Part shown: positions 12,415 through 25,042 of the stretch, in pieces
How positions within the stretch are numbered: the first letter of the stretch is position 1
Layout: each line of letters opens with the position of its first letter
NCBI GenBank assembly: GCA_000934665.2
Contig: JYFJ02004079.1
Location: 1 to 35,091, forward strand
Direction: 5' to 3'
From: Catajapyx aquilonaris
Taxonomy: Eukaryota
Length of the DNA: 35,091 nt
Program-made: the position numbers and the translations under genes
Notes under the pieces: generated by a model
Seen by the model: only the letters and a program-made list of their open reading frames with translations
Database searches by the model: none
Told to the model about the DNA's origin: nothing

Positions 12415-15400
12415 GTAAGTCGAAAGGAAATCTGGGTTATACTACTACCTCCGGGGGTATAGGGTCCAGCAGATTTTTTGGGACATGACACCAAAGGGGT
12501 TTTTAGAGGGGAAAGAGTCGAAAAGGACTCGTTCACACGATTGGTTTCGTTTCGGGTCCCTACCAATTTTCAAGGAGCGTGCGAGGAAAGTGTGGAAGAA
12601 AGCCGCCCATGGGGGGAAAAAAAGAGTCTAATCAGAAAACCAAGAGGCCAAAAAATGCAAGCATGATGCCAATGGAAAAACTTTCTCAATCCAATCAGAT
12701 ATTGGAAATTGTTCCAAACACTCATCCTGCTTCCATTCTTTATCCAGCCGGGGCGTGTTTTCCTTCCTTCATTCTGAGGGCCTCTTGCGTGATCGGTGGT
12801 AAATCCAGTCCAAGTGATTAATCTTACTTGAATGCCACTTGTTCTGGTTTTATCATTGGTCACGCAAGCAGGATGGGTTACTTTGGGGACTTTACCAGAA
12901 GGACGAAAGACCGACTCTTGCTTTCTTTGACTCGACGGAGATTTCCTATTGGCAGCTGGCTTTCATTCTGACCCTGTTCTCTCATGGAAGATGTTGCTAA
13001 TAAATATCGCTTGCAAAAGTTAAACTCACTTTTTATGTACAAACTGTGTCGACATTTTTGCAGTATTTCCACTGTAACTATACCCTGAAAATGCAAAGAA
13101 AAAAATGCAAGTATTTAATTTATGGAAAGATTGGCTTGAAGTAAGTAATTGGTTTTAATTATGATGCTTGTGTTGTAATTATTGTATTAATGTGTCATAT
13201 TGGAGGATTTACAAGGGACAATACTGGACTGTAAATATTGTGCAATTGAATATTTTTGAACCAAATTCTTCGAACTTAGGCAAAACGAAAAGCGAGTTTT
13301 ATTTTTGCACCAAACCTTGTTAGACACAACTTTCTCCCCCAAAAAATGGCGGTGGTCCCCCTGCGAAACCAATCCTGCAGCGGATCCTTTTATATAGCCA
13401 CATCGCTTCGTAGCACCCAACCCATTACCTCGGAATCAGACTCAGCTTGTGCACCTTTTGATTTGTTACCCCCCCCTTGGCCCTCTCTTTCGATTGATAA
13501 AAAGAAAAAGAGGAAAGCACCCACACACTATTATACTCACAGCACTTATGGCTTTTTTGTCCTCTTGTTTGTATCGGTTGTGTTGACCCCTCTATTGTCT
13601 AGCTCTCTTCTGTCCTATACTCTTCTTGGCTTTCTTTATAATATTATCTCTCACGTCTGACTAATAGCTGTAGGGAAGAAGTTGTTTTGAAGCTGCACCA
13701 GCGACGATCATAAAATTTGGCCGGAATAATATTGTTTGAAAATGAAAGATGGTCACGTTCAATGTCCACAACCTACGCTCGAAAATTCAGAAGCGTACGC
13801 CGACACCTCCGGATCACTCTTTTACGACGCTTATGGAGTGGAAAATCACTCGTTTTGAATGGGTCACTTTGGTAGTCACAGTTGAGATAATTTTATTCGG
13901 AGTAACAAGCCGCATTTTGAAGAAACGGTTGGCGTGAAATAGGCCCTTGGAATGGTTGACACTTATCGAACGGTTGAAAATGGAATGCACTCGAAATGTT
14001 CCTAATTAAATTCGCCTCTAGTACCAAATCACTTGTATTTCGTTATGAAAGTCATTGGATTATGAAAAAAGGTATATTATGAACACTACTAAGCACTAAC
14101 CATTCTCTTTGTTAAGAAAATGACTTTTGGCAAGTGCTGCTTGAATTTCACTGTAGAGTTGTTCAATTTTTCAGCCACCTGATTGAAGGTCCCTCGATTT
14201 AGAGTGGTTTTCAACTAGAGACAATCAGTGTCACTCTATTTTACAGGGTTGGGTAATCTCGTTTCGAAAGACACGGATCGGCTCCAGGTGTGTCTGGCAA
14301 GGGCGACGCCACTCTTCTGAATTTATAGAGTGTAGCATCTCCTAGAGTCCTAGACTATAAGAAACTATAGCCCCTTGGCTTTTTTGCACGACTATGATCA
14401 TATCTACCAGTGTGATTTTTCCATTTAGGTAGTCCACATTTTTTTGAGTTTGCCTCTTCGCTTCTGTCGGCTTGCTGGTCGTGGCAGGTTGTGGTCACGG
14501 AGAGGCAATTATATTGCCACACATACAAGCTTCAAAAGCTATAGAGTGACACACACACGCAACACGCTCAGACACACCAGACACGCATGGTCAGGGTTTC
14601 TCTCTAGATAGCTGTTGAGTCAGTCACACAAAAGCATATTGGGGGGGGGGGGGGGGNGGGGGGGAATCAGAGCCGGTTTAATTCAAAAATCATGATTATT
14701 TTAGCAATATTATTTATGAGGGATAGATCTTGTGTTGCAACTCAAATATCCGCATTTTTCATTCATTGTTCCTTTCTGTGGGCAGAACCCTAGAAATGTA
14801 TTTTCAAATTGTTATGTTTAATCTACTGTAAATCAAAATACAGTATGTCCAAAAAAATGAAGCAGCTTGTATTTTATAGCGCTGCCAGATTTGTCTTTCA
14901 CCTCGGTCAAAATGGAAGCCAATAGTTGCGAAAGAGAATGATGGGAAGAGCCGAAAGGTCTCTTCTCCCTCGTATTTCCCTCACTCCTGTCTGTTCTCTA
15001 GCTCTTTTTTTTATTATCGAAAATCCATGATGGAGGAGGACAAGCGGGGGTGTAGACAGGGGTGGGAGGGGGGGTGGGAAGGGAGATGAAAAAAAGAGCA
15101 GGTTCCAGCCCCCCCCTCTCCCCAACCCTTCAAAATATCCAGCAGCACCGATGGAGGGGAAGGGGTTTACTGGTGACTTTAGATTTTTTCCGAGCGGTTG
15201 GAAACTGCTGCCGGGAATTGACCATCTAGTTTCAGGAAGAGAAAATAGGATTAGGGATAGACTTCAGCAAAATAGGCAGGTTCAGAAGGGGAGGGTCGGA
15301 ATTTCCACTTTGCAACAAACACATAAGGGTTAACAAACATGACATATCAATCTACACACTGTAATGAAGAGCAGAGCTGTAAATTTGTAGCAGTTAAAGC

Positions 15401-16181
15401 TACGAATTTGCAGCTAAATTCTTCCCACAGCTAATTCACACACGCGTCATACACAACATTTTGTAAAATATTTTCAATTGCAGTGTTATGGACAAGTTAA
15501 TCAGGTAGTGTCATTATCTTACGTTAATTAACACGGCGACGCTACATTTTAAAACCGCTGACAATAAATCCGTCGCTTCTCCCCCCCCCCCCTCCCTTTA
15601 TAGCCTTGTAAAAGAAAATCACATTGGCTTGTATATTACAATGACAGTTGAAACCGGAACGAAACCCATTCTTTCACGAACTTAAATCCTCTTTTGTGAC
15701 TAACCCACACATTTTACCACCTATTTGCAAACGTGTCGTTTTCTTTTCCTCCCCATGACTTTTTCTTTTTCTTTTTTGGTGATTGGATGAATGCAATGAC
15801 TGCATTTTTTTTTTGCTTTTAGTTCTTTTTTTGCATGCCTGGTTGTTCATTTCTTCAATGAAAAAAAGCATGGCCTCTCTCTCTCTGTGAGTCTGCTTTG
15901 TGATATCCCCACTCTCAGAATATACCTAAATGTTGTTATCACCGTCGTTCGATGTGGAGCGTTGTTATACTTTTGGGTGTGCGTGTAATAGTTGTTGTCT
16001 CGATGTCACCATTGTCAGGGAAGCTATTTTCTCGGGATTTTCTCGTCCCTTTCTTCTCTCCCCCCACTTCTCTCAATTATTATCTCTCCGATTCTTTGAC
16101 GAAAATAATAAGGGGGCGAGCTATTATACCTATTAGTCGCAGTTAATGATGTTGATGGAAAAAATCCGCAAATATTTGTTT

Positions 16182-16273
16182 TTCTTCAACAGCTACCAAC
16201 CCCAATTAGCTGTTGCCAGAAACCAGACATTTGAAATAATAATAAAAAAGTATAGCTGGTAGCTGTTGAAGAA
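16182..16273. repeat. Perfect 17-bp inverted repeat (hairpin, 58-nt loop)
   Basis: TTCTTCAACAGCTACCA (16182-16198) and TGGTAGCTGTTGAAGAA (16257-16273) are exact reverse complements. Confidence 0.85.
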
Positions 16274-17285
16274 TGTCAGCTTTTATGTGGTTGCTAATTA
16301 CACTTTGATAATGATCGATTTGCTAATCAAACAGCGTCGATTTCCCACACTTTCCGTCACATTTGTTGGCGACATTGGACGTTTCGGGCTTTTTTTAATA
16401 TCGTGCGTTTTGCGGGATGATTTATCTCGTTTTCATTAAAAATCGCATGCCGCATCATTGCTGCTTTACACCGCGGGACAGTACCGAGGCTGCAGCTGTC
16501 ACAGAAAGTAATGAATGTTGTGAATGATTGAATTATTTAAGCACTACGTTATTGACGGGAGAGTAGCTCTGTGTAATTGTGTCGGGGTGTGACGGGATTA
16601 AAACGTAATGTTTTTGGAAGCTTGTTCACGGACACTGTTTATGCTGTAGAGTTATTGAATAAAGGGTTACGCGGTACTGTAGATTGCCAAGTCATATATT
16701 AGGATAATGAGATGAAACTTTGAGGCCGTAATAGGCTATTATTGTTATAGAGTGTACGTATCTAATGATAGCAGTTTTGTCATAGTTCTTCCCTAAATAA
16801 TATCATCTAGAAGGCCAGTAGTTTTTAGATTAATTGTTAATATTGCAATAATTATTGAGAAGGTGTCGTGCAGAAATGTATACTCTGCCGTGGTTTATTT
16901 AGTGTCAGGTAGCGTTTACGTGCTAATCACATTTAGGTATCCTTCTACCGTAAGAATGGCCATTCCATAAGCGGTGTAGTCAACTCCAAAGTAAATGTAA
17001 TTTTATTCCCGAAAGTTCCACTTTGTTAACATACTAAATGCCTGCGAAATTGGCTTAGTACTTGGAACGCCGATTCCTAACGAATGTGAGAAAGTGTGGC
17101 AATCATCATTCCTTTATTTGATTGGTGTAAAAATAAATCTCAAAATGTACCAAAGAGAGAGGGCGGTGGGGTGAGTTTGGCTTAGTTAAGCACACACAAA
17201 ATGACCTTTAAAAAAATAGAAAAAATGAAAGGAGAGATCGCGCATAACCAACTAGAGCTGGGGGGGTGACCGATGGCGTCTTCAG

Positions 17286-17453
17286 ATCGAGGAGCTCCGG
17301 TGCGAGGTGACCAAAAGGGACCAGGAGCTGCTGGCCATGAGCGCCAAGATGAAGACCCTGGAGGAGCAGCACGCAGACTACCAGAGGCACATCGCCGTCC
17401 TCAAGGAGTCCCTCTGCGCCAAGGAGGAACACTACAACATGCTGCAGGCCGAC
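17286..17453 (+). CDS. brp: brp exon IEELRCEVTKRDQELLAMSAKMKTLEEQH...NMLQAD, phase 0-0
   Basis: cttcag|ATC ... GAC|gtgagt; 168 nt. Contains the conserved HIAVLKESLCAKEEHYNMLQ motif of Brp (HIEVLKESLTAKE in ERC). Confidence 0.95.
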
Positions 17454-18707
17454 GTGAGTCCGGAGGAGACGGTAGGGAAGGGATTCGGATGAAAAGAAAA
17501 ACAATAGTCGACCACACGACTCTCCAAATTTTTATATACCATTGGTACCCACCTCTCATGAAAAGCATGGGCGGACGCATATTTGCAAGCCTACAGTGAA
17601 TGCTACTGCCTTAGCGTGACCTGTTGACCTTATCCAGGCCAAGGCCAAACACAGCCAGAGGTTTCTCTAGAATTTCTAGATGCGTACGCCCATGTAGAGA
17701 TGGCCTATTTTTTTATACCCCCCCAACCCCCACTTCCAGCAAAGTACCAACCCTTGTTTAGGCGGAGAAAGCTCTTTCGAGCAGACCACCGCTCTAGGAG
17801 CTTTTTCTGTTATTCCGGACTCCACCGACACGACTGCTCCAAAACTATTAGGACAAAAATAGAGAGAGAGAGGAAAGTCTAGAAAAATCCATATTGACAG
17901 TAGTGTCTCTGAAAACACTTTCGAGTCGATTTTTCTCCCATTGAAAGTTCACAGTGGTCTTTGGTTTGTCAGATTGACTTTGTGACAAGACACAATTTAT
18001 GGTCAGTTACAAGGTCACATCTTGCATTAGGATAGATGTTGGAATTGCCATAATTTAAAGATCATTACGAGACGTTGCTTATGATAAGTTCACGTGCTAG
18101 TAAGAAGCACCTTGTACTATTTGAGTCCGGTTGGCTGCAGTAATCCCATTTAGGAATCTGAGAGCAAGCTGTTTTCCTTTCCAATAAGAATTTCCGGGCA
18201 GCCAGACTTTGCCTCTCTTGCGGTGGCATGTTGAAGAATCTGCCTCCCTCTCCCCAACCTCCCTTTTCTTCTCAGAGTCTCCCCCCTCTCTCCCTCCCCC
18301 ATTCTTCTTCTTGGGCATGAAAGAACCCAGAAGGAATTCTCCGTCCTTCTCCTTTTCTTGGCCTGCCTCAGATTTCTCTATACTCCGCTAAAAATCGCTG
18401 TAGCAATGCCAGAAATCTATCGGATTCTCCCCCCCCCCCACCTACNTCTCCCCCCCCCCCCCACCTACCTACCACCTCCTTTTATCCTTCAGACTTGCGG
18501 AGAATTCAGCTCTCATGAAAGAATCCTGCCGAATTCCTATCCGTTTAGACAATGTACTTGAGTCGTGATATTTTTTTTTGCAGCATATGTGGCTATCCAC
18601 AAATTTATTTTCTCCGCTTGATCTGTTGGATTGAAGAAGAAAAAATGAAAAGCTATTTCAACGTAGACCGGCGGCCAAGTTGAACCGTGTTGCTGTTTGG
18701 CTTTCAG

Positions 18708-18875
18708 GTGGAAGAGCTGAGGCTTCGGCTGGAAGAGAAGAACCGACTGATAGAGAAGAAGACCCAGACAGCTCTCCAGGCCAACCAGGACCGAAACAGG
18801 CTGAACAACGAGCTCAACGAGATCAGAGATCACATGGACATCAAGGACCGAAAGATCAACGTGCTTCAGCGGAAG
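18708..18875 (+). CDS. brp: brp exon VEELRLRLEEKNRLIEKK...DHMDIKDRKINVLQRK, phase 0-0
   Basis: tttcag|GTG ... AAG|gtgcga; 168 nt; conserved CAST-domain motif. Confidence 0.95.
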
Positions 18876-20064
18876 GTGCGAAAACACCTCGTTTTTTTTC
18901 CGGGTTATTATTGCTAAAAAGAAGCTGCCTTGTGGGATCGAGAGCTATTTCTCTTCCAGGAATGAGTAGTGGTTGCTCGTGAAAGCAGTTTTCATAGCCG
19001 GGGACCACCGATTCTAAAAGAAGTACTAAATCATATCAGCTACTTTTTTTTTGGGAAGCCCTATCGTATAATGTCAGTTTTGCTCTAGTAATCTCTGATA
19101 CTATCCCGGCTACGTCACGGTAAGTAACGACCGGTGCTTACACTTGGACATAAATCTTCTTCCCGATATTGAATCGTGATTGCTATTGGTGCAGGAGCAT
19201 GATTTGATTTTATAGTTGCCAATTATGTTTTCCTATATACAGTTAATGTGTTGACATTGAGTTGCCATTTAGTTGTTTTGATTTTTTTTTCTGTGTTCAT
19301 TTTATGATTTGTTGTGAACGCTATGTTTTCAGGGATTCCGGACGGTTTGTGTTTCGTAGTTCCAGTTGTTCCCTCTTTTTTTTGGTTGAATTATGACTTG
19401 TTTTCTTCAGAGTTTCCAAGGCCGTGGGTTTCTTTATCATATTTGCGACATTTTACTTTTGAAGAATCGCGTATGAGATGCTCATCGTGACACTGGAAGG
19501 TGAGCCATTTACAAGATCGTTATCTTACTAACATTACTGTCTTGTATACAAGTAATTAAGCGGTGTTGGCCAACCAGATAGAACTTGTAATATTTAAAGA
19601 GACACGACTGAGCACAACAAAGTCTACATTGACTTTTAACAACCCAACCTAACACAAGTTATTCGGTTTATTTGACTGCAAAGAACTCAATATAACTTTG
19701 CTTTTGATTATTTCAGCGTGCAATTCGATGTTTAACTAACCTATAGCACGGTTATACGTAATCTATTTTAAGCAATGAGATTTTATTGCGTGACTTTATC
19801 GCGAATAACAGCTTTGAGATAAATTTTTATTGAATGCACGATTATTGCGAATGTACGAGATTTTGTCGAGATTACACTGCCATTTTTGAACTGTAGCATG
19901 CTATGCTACGAAGAGAAGGAGCAATTACACATGATATCAGATACAGCGCGGATACCTGAAAGCTTTTGGAGCCCATGGCTATACTTATTCTGGTTGGCCA
20001 AAACACATTCCGGTGTTGCCTGGTGTTGTAATGTAACCCGTGTTAATTTCGCCCTGGTCTATAG

Positions 20065-20691
20065 ATCGAGAACCTGGAGGATCTGCTGAAGGAGAAGGAC
20101 AACCAGGTGGACATGGCTCGAGCTCGACTGACCGCGATCCAGGCTCACCACTGCACATCGGAGGGGGCGCTGAGCAGCCTGGAAGAAGCAATAAGCGACA
20201 AAGAGAAGCAGATCCAGCAGCTGAGAGAGCAGCGAGATAGAGCCGAGCAGGAGAAGCACGAAGAGCGAGATCTTCACGAGCGTGAGATTGCAGAGTACAA
20301 GATGAAGATGCATTCGCTGGAGAGCGAAGTGGAGAAGCTCCAGGTGAGGCTGGAGCGAGCCCTGGCCGAGAAGGACAAGCTGGAGGCAAAGCTGGAGAGC
20401 TCGCAGTCGGAACTGGGCAAGTCCAAGGCAGAGCTGGACAAGATGCAAGGGGAGGCTGGGAAGAGCAGCGTGGAGTGGGATGCTGCCAAGCAGAGGCTGA
20501 CCAAACTGGAGCTGGACAACGAGAGGATCAAGGCAGAGAACGAGCGGCTCAGGCACGAGGTCGAGAGGTCACAGACCAGCTACGGACGGTCCACGTTCAG
20601 CACCACGCAGGAGATGGACAGGCTCCAGGAGAAGCTGGACAAGTCGCAAGCGGAGCTTAGGAGAGCCCAGGCAGAGCTCAGGATGAACCAG
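20065..20691 (+). CDS. brp: brp exon IENLEDLLKEKDNQVDMARARL...ELRMNQ, phase 0-0
   Basis: ctatag|ATC ... CAG|gtacaa; 627 nt. Brp-like SEGALSSLEEAISDKEKQ...EERDLHERE and SQSELGKSKAELDK. Confidence 0.95.
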
Positions 20692-21265
20692 GTACAAACG
20701 TGATCTAAATTCGGAAACATGCGGAAAGTATAGCCAGTTAACTGGGAATGAAGGTGACATTTGAAAAGCGATCTGGGCCGTGCAATCGTAGCCTAATTGC
20801 TACATGAAGCAAAACTCAGGTCCGGTGCATTTTACGTCCATGGCGAGACATTAGTCCTAATTGCGATCCCGTCTCTCTGCCGGTTTCTAACCGTTCTGTA
20901 GTCACTCCCAAACTGCTCATGAAGCAAACAGAAGGAAAGGAGTCTCGTGGGACCTGTTAAAATTTGCATGGACACGGTTCCGGAACCGGGTGTGTCTTTA
21001 CATTTTAATGGCCTCGTCCTTTGGGAAACCGCTTAGACCGGCTCACCGACAGTCCCGACGACTCAGACCTTGCCTTGTCACTTCCTTTTTTTATTCCGAC
21101 TCTACAGTGTGCGTGCGTGCAGCCTGTTAGAGCCAGAAGAAAATTCTTTCAACATATGTCTAGCTCAATACCTGCGGCCGAATATATGAATGCTAATGTG
21201 GGAATGGCTAGAAGGGTGTTTTCATTTCGTCCTGAAAGTGTCTTAATGCTTTATTGTAATTCCAG

Positions 21266-22105
21266 GCTGAGTATGAACGGTCGCATGTGGAAGTGGAGCA
21301 GCTCCAGGAGAAGGTGGAGAAATCCCAGGGTGAGATCTACCGGTTGAAGGCCAAGCTGGAGAATGCTCAGTCGGAGAAAGAGAACCTCCAGGACGAGTAC
21401 GACCGAGCCCAGGCTGCGCTGACCAGGCTTCATGGAGAGCGGGACAAGGCTGTTACAGAGCTGGAGAAGCTGAAGGAGGAACTGGAGCGGTCTCAGGCCA
21501 CTCTAGGGAAGGCCCAGCTACAGCAGGAGAAGACACAGAATGCGCTGGACAAAGCCCAGACCGAGCTGGACAAGATGCAGGAGAGGTCGGAGAAGGTACA
21601 GGTCGAAGCCAGGAGGCTCCAGACGGAGAAGGAGAAGCTGGGGTACGATTACGAGAACCTCCAGTCACAGCTGGACAAAGCACAGGGTCAGGCTTCAAGG
21701 CTTCAGAAGGAGAAGGAGACTGCGCTGCTGGAGGTTGACAGGCTGAGGGACAAGTACGAGAAGGTCCAGATGCAGATGGTGAGGGTGCAGAAGGAGAAGG
21801 AGAACTTCCAGACCGAGTCCGAAAAACTGCATGAGAGACTGGAACTGACGCAGGCTCAGTTGGCCAAGGCACAAAGAGATCGAGAGAACACTCAGGCCGA
21901 GTTTGAAGTGCTTAAAGAAAGGTACGAGAAGGGCCAAGCTCAGGTGCAAAAGTTCCAGCTGGAGCGAGACGACGCGCAGACGGAAATAGAGATCCTGAAG
22001 GACAAGCTGGAAAAGGCCCATCTGATTGCCAACAAAGCTCAGGACGACAAGGACGCCGCAGCCAAGGAGTTTGAGAGGATGCTGGAGAAGTACGACCGAT
22101 CCCAG
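21266..22105 (+). CDS. brp: brp coiled-coil exon AEYERSHVEVEQLQEK...MLEKYDRSQ, phase 0-0
   Basis: ttccag|GCT ... CAG|gttggt; 840 nt; E/K/Q/L-rich heptad repeats of the Brp-specific extended coiled coil. Confidence 0.93.
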
Positions 22106-22252
22106 GTTGGTTCAATCTATATGCAAATGTGCCTGGGAGGACACAAATGAGGTTATTCACAACGTATATCTGTGCTGGGAATACAAAACTGTTGCTATTT
22201 TTGTGATGCAATATCTGTTGGCTAACACTGTCTTCTCTTTTGCATTTTCAAG

Positions 22253-22672
22253 AGCGAGGTGTATCGGCTGCAGGGAAAACTGGAGACAGCCCAAGCGGAT
22301 CAGGACCGCCTGCAGATGGAGGCGGAGAAGTCCCAGCTGATGGCAGCCAAGGCCCGCGAGGATCTCCGCAAGGCACAGGAAGACGTCGAGAAGGTTCAGG
22401 AGATGTACGACCGATCATCACTGCAGCTTGGCCGCTGCAAGGAGAGCGAGGAGAAGCTGAAGGAAGAGACGGAGCGAACCGCGGTCGAGACGGAAATGCT
22501 GAGGGAGAGGTACGAGAAGGCCCAGATGGAGCTGAGGAGAGTCCAGAACGAGAAGGAGAAGGTGCAAGCCGAGGTCGAAAAACTGACCTTCGAAGTGGAC
22601 CGTGCCCACACCCAATTCGGCAAGGCGCAGGCAGCGCAGGAGAAATACCAGGAAGAAGTGGCACGCCTGCAG
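22253..22672 (+). CDS. brp: brp coiled-coil exon SEVYRLQGKLE...EEVARLQ, phase 0-0
   Basis: tttcaag|AGC ... CAG|gtaaca; 420 nt, in frame with the flanking exons. Confidence 0.92.
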
Positions 22673-22736
22673 GTAACACGATCTATTCAGTCACATAATT
22701 GACACCACAACCTGACACAAAACATTTCAATTGCAG

Positions 22737-24110
22737 GTTGAGGTTGAGAAGATGTACGACAAGTATGACAAGAGCCAGGCTGAGGTACGGAAGGCGCAGG
22801 CTGATGCAGACAAGGCAAGGCAGGACACCGAGACCATGCAGGTTGAAGTGGAGCGGTATGCGGCCAGAATGGGCAAGTACCAAGACTCGCAGGAGAGGAC
22901 CATTGAAGAGACGGACCGGCTTAAAGTGGACGTTGAGAAGTACAGGGATCGCATGGAGAAGGCACTTGTTGAGCTGGAGAAAGCACGAGAAGCCCGTGAG
23001 AAGGCTGAGAACGACCTGGTGCGGCTCAGGTCAGACGTTGAACGGGCGGAGACGGCCAAAGGAAAACATGCTGAGAAGTGGATCGCGGAAGCCGAAATAC
23101 TTCGCGAGCGGTTAGAGACGACCCAGAATGAACTCCAGCGCTCCAGAACAGCCAACACAACCCTGGATGATGAATTGGGTAGGCTTCGAGTTGAGCTTGA
23201 ACGCAGCCATTCGCAGGCCGAGAAATCAGCCAGCGTGCAGGAGAGACATTCGGGTGAAATTGAGCGAATGCATATCGAGGTGGAAAAACAGCGCGATAAG
23301 GCCGAGAGGGCACAGGCTGAACTCCAGCGACTCCAGTCCCGGCTGGACACCTTGGAGTCTGAAAACCGTCGCCTCAGAAATGAGGTTCAGTCATCCAGTA
23401 CTGCAGTGGAACGGTTTTCAGCAACTCATGAGAAGACCAGGACTGAGGCTGAGCGGACCACTATGGAGCTGGAGAAGACCAGGGATCGCCTGGAGCGAAG
23501 CCTCCAGGATCTCCAGCAAGCGCAGTCTGCACGGGACAAAGCTGAGAGTGATGCAGCAAAAGCCAATCGTGACCTGGAAAGAGCTCAGCAACATCTCGCC
23601 AAGTACCAGGAGACATCGGAGACATCTAAGTCTGAATTCGAGCGCATGTCCAATGAAATGGAGAGGATGCAGGCTAAGGTGGAGAAGAGCCAGATGGAGT
23701 TAAGACGAGGCACAGAAGAGCGCACCAAACAGGAGGCTGAAATCCAGCAGTTGAAGTCAGATCTCGATAGAGCCAGAAATGAAGGACAGCAGAGGACCAA
23801 GGACGAGTCGTCCAAACTGCTGACGCAGCTGGAGGCCGTCCAGGCAGACCTGATGAAGGCAACTAAAGAAAGAGACAAGCTGGGAAGTGCTCTGGAGAAG
23901 AGGGAGAAGGTAGGGGAGAAGGTGGAAAGACAAATAACCAAGCTGGAGGGCGAGGTGAAGCAACTGACCACAGACAGGGACCAGCTGGTCATCCAACTGG
24001 AGAAGTCGCAGGAAATGCTCATGAACTTCCAGCAGGAGCTGCAGCAGTCAGAGGCAGACCTGGAGGCAGCGAGGGTGGAGAACAAGAGGCTCAAGACAGA
24101 GCAAGTGAAG
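22737..24110 (+). CDS. brp: brp large coiled-coil exon VEVEKMYDKYDK...DRDQLVIQLEKSQEMLMNFQQEL...KTEQVK, phase 0-0
   Basis: ttgcag|GTT ... AAG|gtaata; 1374 nt. QLVIQLEKSQEMLMNFQ matches a Brp motif as recalled. Confidence 0.93.
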
Positions 24111-24171
24111 GTAATAATGGTGCACTGTCAGTCTATATTGTTTGTGCTAATACCGACCGAAATATTCACAG

Positions 24172-24663
24172 GTGACAAAAGACGTGGAGCAAGGTGTGAA
24201 GGAGATGTTGGCGAGCAAAGACAAGGAGATCCAGCGGCTTCAGCAGCAACTACAATCTTACGAGAAGGACTCACTGCAGTTACAGCAGGAGAGAAACAAA
24301 GAGCGTCAAAGAGCAGACAAGATGGAGAAGGAGGTGGCTGCAGCTGCAAAGCAGACGCAGGAAAAGGGCAAGGTGGTTGAGTCCGAACTTCAGAATGCAA
24401 AGAAGCTGGCCGATGCAGAGAAGGCGAGGGCAGATGGCGCCGAGAAGGCTGTCCAGGAGCTGCTTCGGCAGACCCAGGAGTTGCAGAAGCAGAGCCAGCA
24501 GCAGAAGCAGCAGTTGCAGCAGGCCAAGGAATCAGCGCCAGACACCCAGAGGATGTCCAAGGACCTCAAGAAAGCACACGAGGAGCTTAAGAATGCTGCT
24601 GTCGAGCGGGAGAGGTTCCAGTCTCAGCTGGAGCTTCTTGTCCAGGAGCTGCAGCAGAAGCAG
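24172..24663 (+). CDS. brp: brp exon VTKDVEQGVKEML...ERERFQSQLELLVQELQQKQ, phase 0-0
   Basis: tcacag|GTG ... CAG|gttctt; 492 nt; Gln-rich coiled coil. Confidence 0.9.
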
Positions 24664-25042
24664 GTTCTTCCAGACAAAAAAAAATAGAAATCACTTGGTG
24701 TTGTTGGCAACTCAATGTCTCACATGCACTGTTTTCCCTCCTTTGGTTTAAGGAAGCACTTAGTTCTACATGTCTGCAACTCAATTATGCCCATAGTAAT
24801 GTGAAGATTTTTGTTGGAGTCATCCAAACATCACTTTTGAATATTAGACCTGCACTATTTATAAATTGTCACCTAATAGAAAAGTTATATTGAACTGCAT
24901 GATTTTAATGTTCCTTTTTTTTGACATATTTGTTACTGGATTTCTTTAGGTGGAATAATTCCTACATGGGAGACTGCACAACGCAGGAATTTCGTGCATT
25001 AGGTCCCCCATCTGAATTGACCCGAGTGTGTCCCATCCCTAG

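Noticed and set aside
13600..13740. Pyrimidine tract, ctgactaa branch-like motif and tandem AG acceptors (13667, 13673)
   Set aside because: Both phase-0 readings hit stops quickly and show no coiled-coil character, so there is no support without transcript data.
18426..18470. Tandem duplication of tctc(c)n-acctac around an N
   Set aside because: It flanks an ambiguous base in a poly-C run, so it is most likely an assembly join artefact; the N in poly-G at 14657 looks similar.
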